From positions 82,586,001 through 82,650,000 of the forward strand of contig NC_087437.1 in NCBI RefSeq assembly GCF_036321535.1: a stretch of DNA of 64,000 nucleotides. Reading direction: 5' to 3'. The stretch is from Camelus dromedarius (taxonomy: Eukaryota). Below are positions 61,800 to 64,000 of the stretch, piece after piece (positions within the stretch are counted from its first letter, which is position 1; every line of letters starts with the position of its first letter). A program made the translations under genes and the position numbers. Under the pieces are notes generated by a model. The model saw only the letters and a list, made by a program, of their open reading frames with translations, was not told where the DNA came from and searched no databases.

Positions 61800-64000
61800 T
61801 TTTTCTTAGAAAGTTTGATATTTATAATACAGTGTTGTTGTCTATAATGACTATACTGTGCATTGTCTATCTACCAGTTATGTTTGTACTCTTAAACAGC
61901 ATCTCTCCTATTCTCCCAGCACCCAAACTTTGTTAACCATCATTCAACTCTGTTTTACAAGTTTGATTTTTTCAGATTCCACGTATAAATAATATTAAAC
62001 AGTATTCATCTCATTCTGTCTGACTTAATCTCAAATGTCCTCACAGTCCATCCATGTTGTCACAAATGGCAGGATTCCCATCTTTCTTATGGCTGAAAAA
62101 TATTTATGTGTGTGTGTGCACGCATTTGTGTGTGTGTGTGTGTATCACTAATTCTTTATCCATTCATCTATTGATGGACATTTAGGTTCTTTCCTTATCT
62201 TGGCTATTGTGAATCATGCATATGTCTCTTCAGTATCCTGTATTCATTTCCTTTGGATGTATACCCAGAAGTGGGATTGCTGGTTCATACGATAGTTCTC
62301 TTTTTGAAGAACTTCCATATTGTTTTCCATAGTGGCTGCACCAACTTATATTCTCACCAGCAGTGCACAAGGGTTGCCTTTTCTCCACATTCTCACCAGC
62401 ATTTGCTAACTCTTGTCTCCTTGATTTTAGCCATTCTAACAGGAATGAAGTGATAGATATCTCACTATGGTTTTGATTTGCATTTACTTAATGATTAGTG
62501 ACATTGAACATCTTTTTATATACCTGTTGGCCATTTATATGTCTACTTTGGGAAAATGTCTATTTAGTTCCTCTGCCCATTTTAAAAATCAGATTGTTTT
62601 TTCTTGTTATTATTAAGTTGTATGAGTTTTTATGTATTTTGGATATTACCTGCTTATCTGATATATGGTTTGCAAATATTTTCTCCCATTCTGTAGGTTG
62701 TCTTTTTATTTTGTTGGTCATTTATTTTGCTGTGCACAAGCATTTAAGTTTGATGGAATTCTGCTTATTGATTTTTGCTTTTGTTGTTTGTGCTTTTGGT
62801 GTCATATCCAAAAAAGTCAATATTGAGGACCTTCTTCCCTATATTTTCTCCTAAGAGTATTATGATTTCAGGTCTTATGTTTAAGTCTTTGATCCTTTTA
62901 GAGTTAATTCTTGTGAGTAGTATAGGATAGGGGTCTAATTTTAAGTTTCTGCATGTGGTTATTCACTGTTCCCATCACCATTTGTTGAAGAGACTATGCT
63001 TTCCCCATTGGGTGTTCTAGGCTCACTTGTCAAATATTAGCTGACCATATATATGGGGGTTTAATTCTGGACTTTCTGTTCTATTCCATTGGTCTACACA
63101 TCTATTTTTATGTCAGTACCATACTATTTTTACTATATAGCTTTGTAGTATAGCTTGAAATTAGGAAATGATGCCTCCAGCTTTGTTTGTCTTTCTCAGG
63201 GTTGTTTTGACTGTTTAGGATCTTCTATGGTTTCTTATAAACTTTAGGATTTTTTTCTATTTATGTAAAAATCACCATGGAAATTTTAATAGGGATTGTA
63301 TTGAATCTACAGATGGCTTTGTGTAATATTGACATTTTAACAATATTAATCTTCTGATCAGTTAACATGAGTTGTATTTCCATTTGTCTGTGTCTCCTTC
63401 AGTTTCTTTCAGTACAGTCTTGTAGTTTTCAGTGTAGAGATCTTTCACTTCATTTGTTAAATTTATTCCTTGGTATTTTATTTTTTTGATGTTGTTCGGA
63501 ATGGGATAGTTTTCTTTCTTTTTTGGAGGTTTCATTGTTAGTTTATAGAAATTCAGCTAATTTCTGTACATTGATTTTATATCCTGCAACTTTACTGAAT
63601 TCATTGATTAGTTCTAGCAGTTTTTTGGGGTTTTATTTTTTGGTTAAGTCTTTAGCATTTTTTGTAGGTATAAAATCATAGCATTTTCAGATGACAACAG
63701 TTTTAGTTCTTCATTTCCAATTTGGATGCTTTTCATTTCTTTGTCTTGCATTATTGTCTAGCTAGGACCTCCAATACTATATTGAATAAGAGTGGTGAGA
63801 GTGGGCACCATTTGTCTTGTACCTAATCTTAGAGAAAAACTCTTAATTTTTCTTGATTGAGTATAATGTTAGCTGTGAGTCTGTCATACATGGCCTTTAT
63901 TATGTTGAGATATGTTCCTTCTATACCCAGTCTTTTGAGGGTTTTTATAATGAAAGGATTTTGTATTTTGTCAAATGCTTTTTCTGCATCTATTGAGATT
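61800..64000 (-). mobile_element. L1MA-like element: 3'UTR and ORF2, continuing beyond the window
   Basis: ttcagattccacgtataaat; atacccagaagtgggattgctgg; gttttgatttgcatt; ttgaataagagtggtgagagtgggca; tcaaatgctttttctgcatctattgagat. Confidence 0.93.

Noticed and set aside
1..64000. CRISPR arrays, operons or other prokaryotic systems
   Set aside because: The sequence is mammalian, with no regularly spaced repeats or gene-dense coding; most ORF-track entries derive from repeats.

Overview
AT-rich, repeat-dominated mammalian genomic DNA with no intact protein-coding gene that I can recognise, so probably intergenic or deep intronic. Two copies of a tRNA-derived SINE (GGGGAGGGTATAGCTCAGTGGTAGAG...) resemble the camelid Vic-1-type SINE, which suggests a camelid (inference). 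Much of the window is LINE-1 of several ages, plus L2, L3/CR1, MIR, MLT1/MLT2 LTRs and hAT MER elements, often nested and with readable target-site duplications (TSDs). The standout is a ~600-bp L1-mediated retrocopy at 36079-36714 (minus strand). It starts within a few nt of the C box of a box C/D snoRNA (SNORD36B-like, 18S guide intact). It keeps the ~80 nt of intron down to the 3' splice site, continues through the spliced 3' exons of RPL7A to AATAAA and poly(A), and is bounded by a perfect 17-bp TSD. It looks like a genomic fossil of a 5'-snoRNA-ended, polyadenylated RPL7A transcript. Repeat subfamily names and most repeat boundaries are by-eye estimates.
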